Origin: Coprothermobacterota bacterium
GTDB lineage: Bacteria; Coprothermobacterota; Coprothermobacteria; Coprothermobacterales; Coprothermobacteraceae
DNA: 64,000 nt
Assembly: GCA_036679065.1 (NCBI GenBank)
Contig: JAZIGN010000003.1
Span: 1-64,000 of the forward strand
Reading direction: 5' to 3'
Shown here: in pieces, positions 1-9,549 of the stretch
Numbering within the stretch: position 1 is the first letter of the stretch
How the letters are laid out: each line of letters opens with the position of its first letter
Notes under the pieces: generated by a model
What the model saw: the letters and a program-made list of their open reading frames with translations, nothing else
Database searches by the model: none
What the model was told of the DNA's origin: nothing
Made by a program: the position numbers and the translations under genes

Positions 1-618
1 TTTTACCTGCAACAACTTGCCAATCACCCATCCAATATGCTGAAGGTGGCTGAGCAGGGATATGGACTGGGATCTGACCATGCACCCTTCACTTTAAAGG
101 GCATACCTGGTATCATGCCCATTACATGGCCCGACCGCTATTACCATTCCTCCAGAGATTACTTAGATAAAACCGACTGGAACGTGTTCGAAATGATAAC
201 AGATGCTGTCGTTATGACCATAAACGCATTGGACAAACCTGAGGAAAATATTGTCAAAGGTTGGGCTCACCACATTTATGGTACCGAACTGGCTAAGAAC
301 CCCTCTGGCGCTGAAATATTGGCTTATTTTCTCAACAGCAGGCTAAATACTGATTTTGAAACCAGCTGGCGTCCCAGTCAAGCTGCCTCTCCATTCAAGC
401 CCGTTATGCCACTGCAGAATCGGCAAATATCCAACTTTTTGAAAGCTCGTACTTACAAAGAAAAACAAAACAATCTTGACATTCTACTAGCAGAAACCAT
501 CATCCTCAGCAAATCAATGGGTGTACATGATATTGAAGCCGTATTGAAAGCCGAGTTAGGAGTTTTTGACCAAGAGCTGTACCAAGAAGCTACTAAAGAG
601 TTCTTAGAAAAGCTCTAG
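1..618 (+). CDS. M28-family (DUF4910-like) aminopeptidase, C-terminal part; 5' end lies outside the window
   Basis: Frame is open from base 1. GSDHAPF...GIP...WPDRYYHSSRD matches the M28 SDH...YH motifs. Confidence 0.7.
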   Translation, partial: FYLQQLANHPSNMLKVAEQGYGLGSDHAPFTLKGIPGIMPITWPDRYYHSSRDYLDKTDWNVFEMITDAVVMTINALDKPEENIVKGWAHHIYGTELAKNPSGAEILAYFLNSRLNTDFETSWRPSQAASPFKPVMPLQNRQISNFLKARTYKEKQNNLDILLAETIILSKSMGVHDIEAVLKAELGVFDQELYQEATKEFLEKL

Positions 619-725
619 CCCTCCTTTTTCTCAAAAGTACCAGTACTGCCGCATTCTGGGCATTTTTTAGGTTTGCACTTGCCTTCTTTTTCATAGCCGC
701 AAACGCTGCATTTCCAAATGGCCAT
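615..725 (-). CDS. 36-aa rubredoxin-like / zinc-ribbon small protein (RCKP-type-like)
   Basis: Hand-translated: MAIWKCSVCGYEKEGKCKPKKCPECGSTGTFEKKEG*. Two CxxCG knuckles plus a KCKP cysteine. Strong SD GGGAGGTG before the ATG. Not in the ORF track. Confidence 0.85.
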   Translation of the reverse strand: MAIWKCSVCGYEKEGKCKPKKCPECGSTGTFEKKEG

Positions 726-826
726 ACACTACTCACCTCCCATGCTATCTAGAAACATTCTAACTCCGGCTGCGAAATTTTCCCATTTCAGATGCTGTTA
801 TGCTGTTAGAATATTGTTTAACTACT

Positions 827-1504
827 ATGCTAGGCGTCTATGTGAACACACTCGCTGTCTTGGCTGGTGCTTTTGCAGGCTTGGTTTTCATAAAGCCGCT
901 GCAGACATATCGGCATGTCATAACAGAATCTGTGGGTGTCTTAGTGCTTGCACTGGGGATATACGGCATAAAAGACATGAACAGTCCAGCCATTGTACTC
1001 ATCTCCCTATTGGTGGGTGGTCTAATTGGTGCAGCCATGGACATTGAAGGGCATTTGGGTCGCCTTACGCAGTCGCTGCAACAAAGGTTTCAAGGACAGC
1101 AGATCACTGAAGGCTTTGTCTATGCTACTACGCTCTTTGTGGTAGGTCCAATGACCATAATCGGCAGTATCAATGCTGGACTTATGAAAGATTACAGCAT
1201 TCTGTTTTTAAAATCGGTGATGGATGGTTTTTCCGCTGCCGCTCTATCAGCCGCCTACGGGATGGGTGTATTTCTAAGCGCTCTCGCAGTGTTGATTGTG
1301 CAAGGAGCCATTGCACTGTTCAGTGCGCAATTGTCCTTTTTGCAGTTGCCCATGTATGTAAACGATTTTTCTGCTGTTGGCAACCTTTTGATTGCCATGA
1401 TAGGGTTAAGAATGTTGGGCATTAAGGAGATAAAGGTGGGAAATTATCTTCCGGCTTTACTTATCCAGATTTTCTTGGCTTGGCTGGTTGCTGCTCTGGT
1501 ATAA
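827..1504 (+). CDS. DUF554 (YdfK/YqgA-like) integral membrane protein
   Basis: Multi-TM protein with GF..ATTLFVVGPMTIIGS..GL...L.LKSVMDG motif. ATG at 827 preferred over 800. Confidence 0.8.
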   Translation: MLGVYVNTLAVLAGAFAGLVFIKPLQTYRHVITESVGVLVLALGIYGIKDMNSPAIVLISLLVGGLIGAAMDIEGHLGRLTQSLQQRFQGQQITEGFVYATTLFVVGPMTIIGSINAGLMKDYSILFLKSVMDGFSAAALSAAYGMGVFLSALAVLIVQGAIALFSAQLSFLQLPMYVNDFSAVGNLLIAMIGLRMLGIKEIKVGNYLPALLIQIFLAWLVAALV

Positions 1505-1517
1505 TAGTTTAAGTGCT

Positions 1518-2402
1518 ATGAGCTCGAAGAAACCGAAAAAACAACAGCAACAAAGCAAGAAAAACAAATCTAAGCAACAAAAAGGACTGCAATTATGGGC
1601 GCGCATTGCCATCGTAGTGTTGGTAATAGCTGCGCTGTTCTTCATATCATATGCACACCTCATACCTTTACTCTTTGCTTCAGAAGATCGCTTACCAGCC
1701 AATTACGCTTTGAACCTGAAAATACTAAACGATGTGGAACCAGCAGAGGATGAAGAAAGAAACTATATAAACGTGGACGATGAGAACAAATGTGTGGACA
1801 TGAGCTACGCCGTTCAAAGAGACAATACTCGCAGCTGGATGCTGTTTCAAGGCGGTTTACCTTCAGAGCTGGGGGTAAAGTACATCCTGAGCAGCGAAAC
1901 CCAAACCTCAACAGGAGAACAGTGGACACCCGTCACCATGTCCATGTCTAACATAAGAACCAGCGTCGATTTTAGTGCATGTGCATTGGAAAATGGTGGA
2001 CAGCTCAAAGATACACTGTTAGTAGCAACGGCTGCAGCCAAGGTAGCCACATTCTTTGGAGTATTAGAGGAGTCTGGTGGCACTACTGAAATCGTACTTA
2101 ATGCACCGCCTCAGGTAACATTTGACTTACCTTCAGTGGTAACACCAACATTCTCTTTCACGGTAACTGCCACTGACGGACCTTACTCTAAGCCCACCAA
2201 GATAACTGTTTCTGCATTGATACCGCAGCCAAATGGAACTTACCTTGAAAACAATCTCTACACTACGCCTGAAGATAAAAAGTACGATGGACCTGTGACA
2301 GTTTCTGCTCACCTGGAACCAGGGAACTACGTTATACAGGTGGCAGCTAGCGACAACATGTACAACGTCAGAACTGTAACAAAGGAAATCTCTGTGAAAT
2401 GA
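1518..2402 (+). CDS. Hypothetical membrane-anchored protein
   Basis: Lys/Gln-rich basic N-terminus, one TM helix, then a Thr/Val-rich beta-type region (Ig-like appearance, inference). Overlaps the next gene by ATGA. Confidence 0.65.
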   Translation: MSSKKPKKQQQQSKKNKSKQQKGLQLWARIAIVVLVIAALFFISYAHLIPLLFASEDRLPANYALNLKILNDVEPAEDEERNYINVDDENKCVDMSYAVQRDNTRSWMLFQGGLPSELGVKYILSSETQTSTGEQWTPVTMSMSNIRTSVDFSACALENGGQLKDTLLVATAAAKVATFFGVLEESGGTTEIVLNAPPQVTFDLPSVVTPTFSFTVTATDGPYSKPTKITVSALIPQPNGTYLENNLYTTPEDKKYDGPVTVSAHLEPGNYVIQVAASDNMYNVRTVTKEISVK

Positions 2403-3217
2403 TTTCCACTGATTTGCACCTGCATTCCCTATGGTCACCAGATGGCCAGGAACCTTTGTCTCACATTTTCTCAGAATGTGCTGCGAAAAATCTGACTCAC
2501 ATAGCCATAACGGATCACTTAGACCTTCACGACCCTTCTGGCGATGAAGGTGTAAAAGACTTGGACAGGTACTTAGCTGACATTGAATACACAGGTCGTA
2601 ACTTCCCCACTATGGAAATCCTAAAAGGGCTCGAAGCTGGTGTAAACAATGATAATCTTCAGGAAACAGAATCACTTATTGCACCTCATAGGTTTGACGT
2701 GATTTTACTCTCCATACACGTCTTTAACAAAATCAATGTGGCGAAACCACTGCCATATCTGGATAGCGTCTCGTTTATAAAAGCATACCTTGAAGAAACA
2801 CTTTTCTGCGTGACTCACATGGAACAGTATCAAGTCTTAGCACATTTGGATTATCCAGCGCGGTACACAGCTCTTACACTGCAAGACTACGTACAGAATG
2901 CCGATTTGGTAGAAGAAGTATTGAGGACACTAATAGAACGAAGAAAAGCCTTAGAACTGAACACAGCTCGTTTAGATAAGTCAGAGAACTTCAAAATCAT
3001 GCAATGGATTTTACAGCAGTATACAAACTTAGGTGGCTACATGGTTACTGTGGGTAGTGATGCCCATAAGCTGGAAGCCATTGGTAGAAACTTTGATCGT
3101 GCTGAGCAATTGCTTAGCTTGGTTGGCTTAGATAAGCTTACCGTTTTTGAGGATACACGTCCGAAGCTTTTTTCTTGGACATCATACTCCGTCAAGCTTC
3201 AAGACCCTAACTACTAA
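2399..3217 (+). CDS. PHP-family histidinol-phosphatase (HisJ/HisK-like)
   Basis: DLHLHS, ITDH, LAHLDYP, LELNT and GSDAH PHP motifs. Confidence 0.8.
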   Translation: MISTDLHLHSLWSPDGQEPLSHIFSECAAKNLTHIAITDHLDLHDPSGDEGVKDLDRYLADIEYTGRNFPTMEILKGLEAGVNNDNLQETESLIAPHRFDVILLSIHVFNKINVAKPLPYLDSVSFIKAYLEETLFCVTHMEQYQVLAHLDYPARYTALTLQDYVQNADLVEEVLRTLIERRKALELNTARLDKSENFKIMQWILQQYTNLGGYMVTVGSDAHKLEAIGRNFDRAEQLLSLVGLDKLTVFEDTRPKLFSWTSYSVKLQDPNY

Positions 3218-3276
3218 GCAAGCAGTTTGCACACGTATTACCAACAAACTTAAGACAAAGCGTTTTTGTTTCGCCA

Positions 3277-4104
3277 TTACGACCTTCGTTCCCAGTCCTC
3301 CATAGCACTGCGGTAATAAGCCACGAATTCTTCAACGCTTAGTAAAACACCTTGATAACCCATTGTTTTGCTCAGCTGCGTCACATAAGGAGGCTCTAAA
3401 TTTGCACTCCTTAGTACGTCCTCTTTTGAGAAAACTTCACGTGCGGGACCATCCAGCAAAAGCTGCCCCTCACTAAGCACAATAACTCTTTGGAAACACT
3501 CGCCCACAAAATCCATATCGTGCGTAATGGTGATAACAAGTTTTCCCCTCTGCACCAACTCGTGAACGATACTCCTGATCTTTGCTTTACCCAAGTAATC
3601 TTGTGCAATGGTGGGCTCATCAAGAATGACTATGTCCGTGTCCATGGACAATATGGATGCAATGCTCACCAATTTTCTCTCCGATAGACTAAGGTCGTAT
3701 GGGTTTTCCTCTTTCTTATCTACCAATGAGACAGTTTCCAAAGCCTTGATGGCATTTTTCCTCGCTTCCTCCATGCTTTGACCAATATTTAGTGGACCAA
3801 ACATGACTTCGTCCAGAACTTTGTTCTTGAATATTTGGTCATTAGGATTCTGGAACACCAGCCCCACAGTTCTAGCCAATTTAGCAGCTGTAGTCTCCTT
3901 CGTATTGATACCATTGATAAAAATGTCTCCACTAATCGGTTTAAGGAGTGCCTTTAGGAGCTTGACCAAAGTGGTCTTGCCAGATCCGTTTTGTCCAATG
4001 ATAGCCACACTGCCATTATTCAAGGAAAAGGTCACATTCTTTAGAACAGGTATTCCTTCTGTGTAAGCAAAGCTTACATTGTCAACTTCTATGAGGTTCA
4101 CCAA
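3277..4104 (-). CDS. ECF transporter ATPase (A' component)
   Basis: Walker A GQNGSGKT, VFQNP Q-loop, degenerate signature LSLSE, ILDEPT. Confidence 0.9.
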   Translation of the reverse strand: MVNLIEVDNVSFAYTEGIPVLKNVTFSLNNGSVAIIGQNGSGKTTLVKLLKALLKPISGDIFINGINTKETTAAKLARTVGLVFQNPNDQIFKNKVLDEVMFGPLNIGQSMEEARKNAIKALETVSLVDKKEENPYDLSLSERKLVSIASILSMDTDIVILDEPTIAQDYLGKAKIRSIVHELVQRGKLVITITHDMDFVGECFQRVIVLSEGQLLLDGPAREVFSKEDVLRSANLEPPYVTQLSKTMGYQGVLLSVEEFVAYYRSAMEDWERRS

Positions 4105-4933
4105 TCATTAGCCTCCGCATTTGTTCCAAAGTGACCGGGTACAAACCGGTGTTATTATCCTTTATGCCCAACTTTTTGGCAATAGACGTGAACACAGGTG
4201 GTTCCACACCATAACTTTCAAGGTCCGGACGCGAAAATACCTCTTCTGGTACGCCAAAGTCCACTAAATGGCCCTCGTGCAGGAGAATGATCTTGTCGGC
4301 ATACTGCGCAATCTTCTCCATTTTCTGTTCAACCATGATTATGGTTATGCCTTCTTTGCTCAAACTTTGCACCGCTTTGAAAACTTCCTCAGAGCCTAAA
4401 GGGTCCAGCTGTGATGTGGGCTCGTCCAAAACAATAATACTGGGCTTCATGGCGATGATACTTGCTATGGCCAATCGCTGCATTTGGCCACCTGAAAGTT
4501 CAAAAGGATTTCTGTCTTTATACGCGTAAAGACCCAACAGTTTTAGCACATAATCAATTCTCTTAACCATCTCTTCGCGCTGGAAACCCAAGTTCTCCAA
4601 ACCAAAAGCCACTTCCTCATACACCGTAAGTTTTGCAGCTGTGATCTGAGTGAAAGGGTTTTGAAACACTATACCAATATGGCGTGCCAGCTCGCTCACA
4701 CTACTGCTGAGTACCTCCACGCCATCCACAACCACGCGACCACCGTAGGCACCTTTATAGAAATGAGGTACTAATCCAACCAAAGCTTCACACAAAGTAG
4801 ATTTCCCAGCAAGGTTCTTGCCGATTATGCCTATGAACTCACCTTGCTCCACTTCAAAACTCACACCGCTGAGTGCCAGACGCTCCGTGGAAGGATAGCG
4901 ATACTTAAGATTCTCCACCACAACAGCTTTCAT
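4082..4933 (-). CDS. ECF transporter ATPase (A component)
   Basis: GKNLAGKS, VFQNP, LSGGQ, LDEPT. ATG at 4933 overlaps the upstream TGA. Confidence 0.9.
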   Translation of the reverse strand: MKAVVVENLKYRYPSTERLALSGVSFEVEQGEFIGIIGKNLAGKSTLCEALVGLVPHFYKGAYGGRVVVDGVEVLSSSVSELARHIGIVFQNPFTQITAAKLTVYEEVAFGLENLGFQREEMVKRIDYVLKLLGLYAYKDRNPFELSGGQMQRLAIASIIAMKPSIIVLDEPTSQLDPLGSEEVFKAVQSLSKEGITIIMVEQKMEKIAQYADKIILLHEGHLVDFGVPEEVFSRPDLESYGVEPPVFTSIAKKLGIKDNNTGLYPVTLEQMRRLMIGEPHRS

Positions 4934-5706
4934 ACCAGCATAAACCTCGCTGCAATGGACAAAATGAGCACAACAATTAGAGTCCACTGCAGGACTCTAT
5001 CTAAAGTGGAAGATTCTCTTTCGTAAAGAAACGTTTTCTTGCCAGAGGCACTAAAGCCCCTAACTTCCAGCGCCATGGCGCGTTCTCTGGTTTCCAGAAG
5101 AGAGCTCATTACCACTGGGCCAATTAGAGGCAAGAAAGCTTTTAAGCGGGTCCATAAGTTGCCCTCTGTTTCCAATCCCCTGGATCTTTGTGCATCCATG
5201 ATACTGCCTACTTGCGACATCATTTGGGGTATAACCTGCAATGCCGAACTCAGCACATAACCAAAACGCGGAGATAAACCCCTCTTCACCAGGGACTGAA
5301 TTAGATCAGACGGTCTGGTAGTAAGAACCAATAACGCGAAGGCAAGTAAAACATCTAAAACCCTTATGCACAGTGTTAAGGCGTAAAGCAGGCCTTCTTT
5401 GTAAAAGGTCAGCCCCAAAATGTTAATAGCGGGCGTCTTATTACCAGGCATGAATAAGCCTTGAATGATAACGATGGAAATAAGTATGAGAAAACTGAAG
5501 CCCAGAAGTGGCACTACTCTTGCAAACACTCTGGCATATAGAAGCGCCAAGCAACTTAACACAATAAAAGCAGCACCCACCCACCTAAAGGGCAGGATAA
5601 CGAAGGATATTAAGACTGCAACGAGAATGTACAGAAGCTTGACCATGGGATCAAGCCTCTGCACAAATGTGTTCGTTTCAACATATAAACTTAAAACACG
5701 AGCCAT
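4930..5706 (-). CDS. ECF transporter transmembrane T component
   Basis: LDP.VKL start and the two conserved Arg motifs AQRSRG and ALEVRGF. Confidence 0.9.
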   Translation of the reverse strand: MARVLSLYVETNTFVQRLDPMVKLLYILVAVLISFVILPFRWVGAAFIVLSCLALLYARVFARVVPLLGFSFLILISIVIIQGLFMPGNKTPAINILGLTFYKEGLLYALTLCIRVLDVLLAFALLVLTTRPSDLIQSLVKRGLSPRFGYVLSSALQVIPQMMSQVGSIMDAQRSRGLETEGNLWTRLKAFLPLIGPVVMSSLLETRERAMALEVRGFSASGKKTFLYERESSTLDRVLQWTLIVVLILSIAARFMLV

Positions 5707-5719
5707 GATACATCAAAAA

Positions 5720-6325
5720 TCAGTCAAGCTTCTCCAAAGCCTCTTCTCCTTCATACATCTGGACCAACCGCTTAGGCAAGCTGGCAAAGATTAGAAAAGC
5801 GATGATTACAGTAGCCACCTTATCAGGCAAATCCACCACTAGCTCATCCAAGAAGGAGGAAAGCCAAACAGGGACACCATGTGCGATGAGATAGGCATAC
5901 AGAGCATCTCCCCACACGTTTCCCGTTTGTCCACCCCAAAATATGACGTTTAGCGGAGTGGAAACCACGGCCGCCACCAGCGCCACCACCAAGCCGACTA
6001 CTACAGCTCTCCACAAATTATTAATACGTCCCTTGTAAGCCATAATACCCACGGTAAGACCAATAGCAACACTTGTAAGAGCGTAAACGAAAGAAATTGG
6101 ATCCATGGTTAGTCCATAAATGATGTTGTTGATTGCTCCAGATATGGAACCCACAATCGGACCAGAAAGCATACTAGCAATTACAGTTCCAATAGAGTCA
6201 AGCCACAATGGAAGCTTGAGAAGTTGTGCAAACAACTTCCCCACATAGTTAATACCTACGGCAACGGGTATAAGCACCAAAACTGGCGTGGAAAAACTAA
6301 TTGACCACATGCTTTTCTTGCTCAT
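5720..6325 (-). CDS. ECF transporter substrate-specific S component, substrate unknown
   Basis: ~200-aa hydrophobic protein (LPLWLDSIGT...GPIVG...DLPDK) directly upstream of the T/A/A' genes. SD GGAGGTGG before ATG 6325. Confidence 0.85.
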   Translation of the reverse strand: MSKKSMWSISFSTPVLVLIPVAVGINYVGKLFAQLLKLPLWLDSIGTVIASMLSGPIVGSISGAINNIIYGLTMDPISFVYALTSVAIGLTVGIMAYKGRINNLWRAVVVGLVVALVAAVVSTPLNVIFWGGQTGNVWGDALYAYLIAHGVPVWLSSFLDELVVDLPDKVATVIIAFLIFASLPKRLVQMYEGEEALEKLD

Positions 6326-6386
6326 GATACGTAATCCACCTCCTATTCCTGTACCCATTATAGACGTGAAAGGTCTTTAACAAGCA

Positions 6387-7223
6387 TTAACGAGTGAAGT
6401 CCCCCTTGGGCGACAGCACAAAGTGCCTAATTGCCCAAGCCACTCCTCCTTCATTGTTGCTCTTGGTTACTGCCTTAGCAAATTTCTTAACCTCTTCTAC
6501 GGCGTTTCCCATGGCAACAGGGAAACCCACCAGCGGCATTATATCGATGTCATTATAAGCATCCCCTATAAACATAACCTCCTCAGGACTCACACCAAAG
6601 TGCTGACAAAGGTAGTTTAAAGCCTCACCTTTTCCAACCTTCGGTCCGAAAATCTCGTAGAAAGCTTCATCTTCCCTTGTGAGGGATTTAATAACAGTAA
6701 AGTTGTCACCGTCGCCTAACTGCCGCAGAACCCGGAGAATTCTATCTTCGTTCCCAAGTAAAGCCACTTCTGCTACCTCGCCCGAGATGAAGCTTGTAAC
6801 ATCTTCTACCCTGTCTAACCTAACAGCATTTCTCTTTAGATACATGCTGAAGGGACCATCATAATCTTGGTCAATGAGCATGTCTTTCTGCATGAGAAAA
6901 TCTCTGTACAGTATGTAGAAAGTACCTTCTTGGCGGCAAAGATGAATTACACGCTTAGCCACATCACCGGTCAGGCCCACCTTTCTGATAACCTCACCTG
7001 AGTAGGGTCTATAAATGAAGGCACCGTTTTGAAGCACCACTGGCACATCCAGCTGTAACTTGTCAATAATCTCCTTAGCAGCACCATAGTTACGGCCGGT
7101 GACAAGCGTAACAAGTACACCGCTTTGCAGCGCCTCTTTTATGGCTTCCTCATTCTCAGCTGGAAGCGTTTTATCGTCTCGGACCAATGTTCCATCAATG
7201 TCAATGAGTACAAGCTTAATCAA
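6387..7223 (-). CDS. Cof-type HAD-IIB phosphatase
   Basis: DIDGTL, TGR, K, GDAYND motifs. TTG start after AAAGGAGGTG. Confidence 0.9.
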   Translation of the reverse strand: MIKLVLIDIDGTLVRDDKTLPAENEEAIKEALQSGVLVTLVTGRNYGAAKEIIDKLQLDVPVVLQNGAFIYRPYSGEVIRKVGLTGDVAKRVIHLCRQEGTFYILYRDFLMQKDMLIDQDYDGPFSMYLKRNAVRLDRVEDVTSFISGEVAEVALLGNEDRILRVLRQLGDGDNFTVIKSLTREDEAFYEIFGPKVGKGEALNYLCQHFGVSPEEVMFIGDAYNDIDIMPLVGFPVAMGNAVEEVKKFAKAVTKSNNEGGVAWAIRHFVLSPKGDFTR

Positions 7224-7414
7224 GGACTTTTCACCTCCTTTTGATTGTAACATCACCCCAAAAACGTCTTTTCAAGCAAAGTAAAAACAATGGAAACCAA
7301 AACTTTTGAACACGATGGAGTATTTACTTGAGCACTTTGCTGGTGCACAATTATATAGACAAGGGCCAAAAACGCAGACAGGGCTGGACAAATATAGGAG
7401 GTGTCTTTTATAAC

Positions 7415-7687
7415 TTGGAACAACATAGCACTAGCGGCTACTATTTAATAACATTTCCTTCTGTTCACCACGCTATGGCTTTCGAAGACAAAGCAAGAAA
7501 TGGCCCTTTAGTATTCCAGCTGATTCCCGTGCCCAGAGAGATTAGCTCCAGCTGCGGGGTAGCAGCCAAGGTACAGCATATCACGAAGGAAGAACTTCTA
7601 CAGCTACTTAGGGAATACAATCTCTCCTTTTCAGGAGTTTACTTTTATGCCGACGACGGCTTTTCTAAGCCACAGCGCGTACTTTAA
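7415..7687 (+). CDS. DUF3343 putative Se/S-carrier-like protein
   Basis: ITFPSVHHAMAFE...LIPVPREISSSCG signature. SD GGAGGTG upstream of TTG 7415. Convergent with selB. Confidence 0.8.
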   Translation: MEQHSTSGYYLITFPSVHHAMAFEDKARNGPLVFQLIPVPREISSSCGVAAKVQHITKEELLQLLREYNLSFSGVYFYADDGFSKPQRVL

Positions 7688-9549
7688 GCCAAAACCCTGG
7701 TATCTCCAGACCTTTTTGTTACCCTAACTGCGTCAAAATACTCAAGTAGGGCTAATGCATCCCGTCGGCTGACGCCAAGCATATCCCTAAAGGCCCCAAG
7801 AGTGATCTGCCCGTGCTCTTTTAAGTAATCCACCAAAAGCGCTTTTGCCTCTTCCACTGCAGCTCCCGCGAGATATTCTCCACTGGGCAGTTTGACCACA
7901 TCTCCTGTCTTGACCAAGAAGTGAAGTACTGGCGCCTCTGATGTAGATTTCAGAATTTCTTCTTCCTTAAGAGGCTTGAAGTGTGACACTGAAAGCTCTT
8001 TTAAGATGCGTTCTCTTATCTGCTGGTCCTTTGGAGAAAGCGTGGCAGTAAAGCCTTTCAACCAAACTACTTGTTCCCTAGCTTGGATCAACCCATCTTG
8101 TTCCATGAGCCAAAGCATTACATCAAACTGCTTGCTCTTGGCTTCCCTGAGCACCTTTTCTTTAAGCTCCTCTTTGGGCATACCATCCTTTAGAGGAAAC
8201 CGTTTGTGGTAATCTTCAAGGAGCCTTCTCACTTCCTCTTTAAGCTTCTCATAGCGCTGTTTGTGGTACACATATGCACCAGTCCCGTAGTGTACTTTGA
8301 CTAAGTTCTCCGACGCAGCCAAGACTTCCTCAACCACACCAAACTTCTTAGCAAGCTCATCTAGTGTCCAAGCCACACCACTCTCGTATATGGCTTTTTC
8401 TACCTGGAACGTCTTGCCTTTGTGTTCTATGTTTTGAAGTTCATCGATAATCTGGTCTTTGTAACGCTTATGCTTGCGCGCATTGGGAACTAAGACCACA
8501 CCGCCTCCTATGGTTTCCATGGGAGAGTAGCTGCGAAGGACAAATCGATCACCATAAAGCACACATACAAACGACTCCAGCTGCATCTGGGCATAGCAGC
8601 TTTCACCAGCACTGAGTTCGTCCCTGTCTAGGAGTACAACCCTGCCCATGACCTCAGAGGCACCCACATAGAACCTTATCCGGGACCTATTCTTAAGTGG
8701 TTTTACATTGTTCAGCAGGATGAGCTTGACATCCAAAACGCGAGACGGTACCAATGCGCCCTTGGGGGCAATAACATCACCACGGTCCAACTCTTCCACT
8801 TTTACGTTGGACAAGTTCACAGCAGTACGTTGACCTGCATAAGCAGCTTCCACGGGCTCTCCGTAAACTTGTATGGACCGTACCCGAGAGCTAAGCATCT
8901 TGGGATAAACAACTACCTCGTCGCCCACCTTCAGAGTGCCAGAAATCATGGTGCCAGTAACCACAGTTCCGTGACCTTGCACAGTGAACACGCGGTCAAT
9001 GGGCATCCTGAAAATACCATCATGGCTACGCTCTTCAATGGACTGAGCAAGGTTATCCAGCTCTGCTACAAGTTTGTCTAAACCCTTGCCAGTAGTGGAG
9101 GAAACAGGCACGAAAGGTGCATTTTCCAGCACAGTTCCTTTGAGCGCTTCTCTAACTTCTTCCTCAACTAATGTTAGCCACTCGTCATCCACTAAATCGC
9201 ATTTTGTGAGAACAACAATACCCTTTTTTACATCCAATAAAGAGATGATCTGCAGATGTTCTTCCGTTTGTGGCATGATACCTTCATCAGCCGCTATAAC
9301 CATCATAACAATGTCGATACCGTGGGCACCCGCCAGCATGTTCTTGATGAATTTCTCATGACCTGGAACATCGATAATTCCAGCCCTTATACCAGAAGGT
9401 AGATCCAAATAGGCAAAGCCTAAGTCCGTGGTCATACCACGTAGTTTTTCTTCTTTGAGCCTGTCAGTGTCTTTACCTGTGAGAGCTTTTATGAGTGTGG
9501 TTTTTCCGTGGTCGATGTGACCAGCTGTACCAATAATTACATTTTTCAT
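7684..9549 (-). CDS. selB: Selenocysteine-specific translation elongation factor
   Basis: [23 protein letters not shown], and C-terminal winged-helix with SRR..L..LEYFD. Confidence 0.97.
   Translation of the reverse strand: MKNVIIGTAGHIDHGKTTLIKALTGKDTDRLKEEKLRGMTTDLGFAYLDLPSGIRAGIIDVPGHEKFIKNMLAGAHGIDIVMMVIAADEGIMPQTEEHLQIISLLDVKKGIVVLTKCDLVDDEWLTLVEEEVREALKGTVLENAPFVPVSSTTGKGLDKLVAELDNLAQSIEERSHDGIFRMPIDRVFTVQGHGTVVTGTMISGTLKVGDEVVVYPKMLSSRVRSIQVYGEPVEAAYAGQRTAVNLSNVKVEELDRGDVIAPKGALVPSRVLDVKLILLNNVKPLKNRSRIRFYVGASEVMGRVVLLDRDELSAGESCYAQMQLESFVCVLYGDRFVLRSYSPMETIGGGVVLVPNARKHKRYKDQIIDELQNIEHKGKTFQVEKAIYESGVAWTLDELAKKFGVVEEVLAASENLVKVHYGTGAYVYHKQRYEKLKEEVRRLLEDYHKRFPLKDGMPKEELKEKVLREAKSKQFDVMLWLMEQDGLIQAREQVVWLKGFTATLSPKDQQIRERILKELSVSHFKPLKEEEILKSTSEAPVLHFLVKTGDVVKLPSGEYLAGAAVEEAKALLVDYLKEHGQITLGAFRDMLGVSRRDALALLEYFDAVRVTKRSGDTRVLA

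Noticed and set aside
718..1047. 109-aa Cys-rich plus-strand ORF
   Set aside because: Alternative frame of the DUF554 gene; also overlaps the start of the rubredoxin-like gene; no SD.
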